DNA of 64,000 nt from an uncultured Spirochaetota bacterium (GTDB taxonomy: Bacteria > Spirochaetota > Spirochaetia > SZUA-6 > Fen-1364), in NCBI GenBank assembly GCA_963781885.1, contig CAWAHW010000001.1, forward strand, positions 612,615 through 676,614, written 5' to 3'. Of this stretch, positions 61,995 to 64,000 are shown in pieces (within the stretch, counting starts at the first letter, position 1; each line of letters opens with the position of its first letter). The position numbers and the translations under genes were made by a program. Under the pieces are notes generated by a model that made no database searches, was not told the DNA's origin, and saw only the letters and a list, made by a program, of their open reading frames with translations.

Positions 61995-63844
61995 GTAACC
62001 GTTCACACGCCGGAGATGTTTTCTTGGGAAACTGATCTGGACTCAAATACGGTTTGTGTGGCACAACAGTGCGCATGCAAGCGGTAGTCACGGAAGAAAT
62101 CATTGCTCGCCAGCCGCCGGAAGCCCAGGCCATCATCCGCCTGTTGCTGGCGAGAATTGCCGAATTGGAAGCGCGGATCGAGGAGTTGGAACGGCAAGTG
62201 AAAGGCAAGACGCCGCAGAACTCCTCGCTGCCGCCCAGCACGCAACATCCGCACGCTCGACCACAGCCGCCCCAACGCAGGTCGAAGAAGAAACGTGGTG
62301 GGCAGCCCGGCCACGAGAAACACGAGCGACCCTTGATTCCCACCGACCAGTGTGATGATGTGCGGCCCCTGAAGCCGACCGAGTGCCGGCGCTGTGGGGC
62401 GAAGCTCTCGGGCACGGACCCGGAGCCGTTGCGGCATCAGGTCTGGGAACTGCCGGAAATCAAACCCCACGTGACGGAATATCAACAGCATCGTCTGGCT
62501 TGCCCGTGTTGCGGGGAAACGACATGTGCCAAGTTGCCTGCCGGAGTTCCCGCGGGGCAGGCCGGGCCACGGCTGGTGGCGTTGGTGGCCTTGTTGATGG
62601 CCCACTATCGTCAAAGCAAGCGGCGTACGGCCCAGTTTCTGGAGGCGATCCTCGGGCAACCCTGTTGTGCGGCCTGGACGGTCAAGCTGCAAAAACAAGC
62701 GACCGACGCGCTGCGTCCCTGCTACGACGAACTGGCCGCGGCACTGCCGCAACAACCGCAGTTGGGCATTGACGAGACGCCGAACAAGGAAGGTCCGCTG
62801 AAGACGTGGCTCTGGGGGTTTGTCGCCGCACGCTTCACCGTATTCGCCCTGCGATTGACGCGAGCAGGCACCGTGCTCACAGAACTGCTGGGGGACGCTT
62901 TTGTGGGCGTGGTGATGTGCGACCGGGCGAAAATGTATTGGTCGCTGGGCTGCCTGCAATGGTGCTGGGCACATCTGAAACGCGACTTTCAAGCCTTGAT
63001 CGACAGCCACGACCCGCAGGTGAAGCGGCTGGGACACGACCTGATGCGGCCGACGCGAAAACTGTTCGCGGCCTGGGCACGCTACCGCGATGGAACCATC
63101 ACCCGCGTGGGAATGAAACGCCTGATGCACCCGATCCGCGCGGAGATCGAAGGCTTGCTGCTGCGCGGTGCCTTCAGCGGCAATGAGCGTCTGATGGGCA
63201 TGTGCAACGAATTGTACGACCATCGGCAGTGGCTGTGGACCTTTCTGGACCATGAAGACGTGGAACCCACCAACAATGTTAGCGAACGTGCCCTGCGCCA
63301 CGCGGTCATTTGGCGGAAACTGTCGTTCGGTACGCAAAGTGCCAACGGAAGCCGCTTCGTGGAAACCATGCTGACGGTGATCGAAACCTGCCGTCAGCAA
63401 GGCCGCAACACCTTCACGTTCGTAGCCGATGCTGTCCATGCTCACTTTGCCGGTCGTCCCGCCGCCTCGTTACTCGCCGAGATACGAAGCGCTTTCTGCT
63501 GGGGTGCCTTCAGCGGTAATCAGCGTCGGCTGGGCAGGTGAAACGAATTGTACGACGATCGGCAGTGGCTGTGGACCTTTCTGGACCAGGAAGAAGGTGT
63601 GGAACCGACGAACAATGGCAGTGAACGTGCCCGTGCGGTCACTCGTTCATCGGGCTGAAGCTGTCTTATCGGCACACAAAGTGACTCATGGCAGCTGCTT
63701 CTGTGGAAACCATGCTGACTGTGATCGAAACCTGGCCGTCGAACAAAGCGTCGGGACACCTTTACATTGTCGCCGATGCGCATCCAGGCTTATTTCGCCA
63801 GCCGTCGCGTCGCCTCGATTGCTTGCTGGGGTGTGAACGGTTAC
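61995..63844 (+). mobile_element. IS66-family element with a duplicated 3' segment
   Basis: Perfect 14-bp terminal inverted repeats GTAACCGTTCACAC (61995) and GTGTGAACGGTTAC (63831-63844). Confidence 0.88.
62075..63541 (+). CDS. IS66-family transposase (DUF6444-like NSSLPPS N-terminus)
   Basis: NSSLPPS, GGQPGH, Zn-finger Cys pairs, IDET, CDR, QWCWAHLKR and PTNNVSERALR. Confidence 0.92.
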   Translation: MQAVVTEEIIARQPPEAQAIIRLLLARIAELEARIEELERQVKGKTPQNSSLPPSTQHPHARPQPPQRRSKKKRGGQPGHEKHERPLIPTDQCDDVRPLKPTECRRCGAKLSGTDPEPLRHQVWELPEIKPHVTEYQQHRLACPCCGETTCAKLPAGVPAGQAGPRLVALVALLMAHYRQSKRRTAQFLEAILGQPCCAAWTVKLQKQATDALRPCYDELAAALPQQPQLGIDETPNKEGPLKTWLWGFVAARFTVFALRLTRAGTVLTELLGDAFVGVVMCDRAKMYWSLGCLQWCWAHLKRDFQALIDSHDPQVKRLGHDLMRPTRKLFAAWARYRDGTITRVGMKRLMHPIRAEIEGLLLRGAFSGNERLMGMCNELYDHRQWLWTFLDHEDVEPTNNVSERALRHAVIWRKLSFGTQSANGSRFVETMLTVIETCRQQGRNTFTFVADAVHAHFAGRPAASLLAEIRSAFCWGAFSGNQRRLGR

Positions 63845-64000
63845 GATCAGGTCCAACAACTCTGCTGCCCGCTATTCCGAGCGGCGTGGAAGAAGATTGG
63901 GAACCAAGCGGGCGTTGTGGGACAATCTGCGGTCCCACTTCCGGCACTTCATTTTCCAGTCGATGCGGCACCTTTACCAGGTCATGCTCTATTTTGACTG
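63845..64000 (+). pseudogene. C-terminal fragment of an ISNCY-like transposase
   Basis: Manual translation DQVQQLCCPLFRAAWKKIG / KRALWDNLRSHFRHFIF (one frameshift) resembles the C-terminus of the family seen at 61011-61484. Confidence 0.55.

Noticed and set aside
56588-64000. Genomic island or prophage integrated after hydA
   Set aside because: No integrase, att repeat, tRNA or phage gene is present, and genes on both sides of the junction are cut mid-sequence.

Overview
Bases 1 to ~56,590 are a gene-dense, high-GC chromosomal segment from a diderm anaerobe. Spirochaetia is my best guess, inferred from a lipoprotein-type sugar-binding protein together with TolC/RND and a fused TRAP QM subunit. 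In order it carries: a long-chain acyl-CoA ligase; a sigma54 two-component system upstream of xylFGH; an OmpR-type TCS with a Met-rich thioredoxin-DipZ-MsrAB periplasmic repair operon; an AraC-linked sugar ABC/oxidoreductase locus; lspA; DinB and HEAT proteins; a GH94 phosphorylase; a TetR-TolC-RND efflux system; an SMR-like pair with a rubrerythrin-VIT1 fusion; an XRE/acyl-CoA synthetase pair; an orphan TRAP QM; a complete kdpFABC-DE locus; and a trimeric [FeFe]-hydrogenase with a Rex-like operator. Five genes carry small indels that look like long-read errors. At ~56,585 a response regulator gene is cut off, and the sequence switches to a noisy, IS-rich segment that is probably chimeric (a frameshifted secreted protein, two IS66 elements, ISNCY-like fragments and a broken TPR gene). 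I saw no CRISPR array, rRNA or tRNA. No clearly novel system is proven. The best candidates are the 1-Cys MsrAB/Met-rich thioredoxin module and the SMR-pair plus MbfA-like operon.
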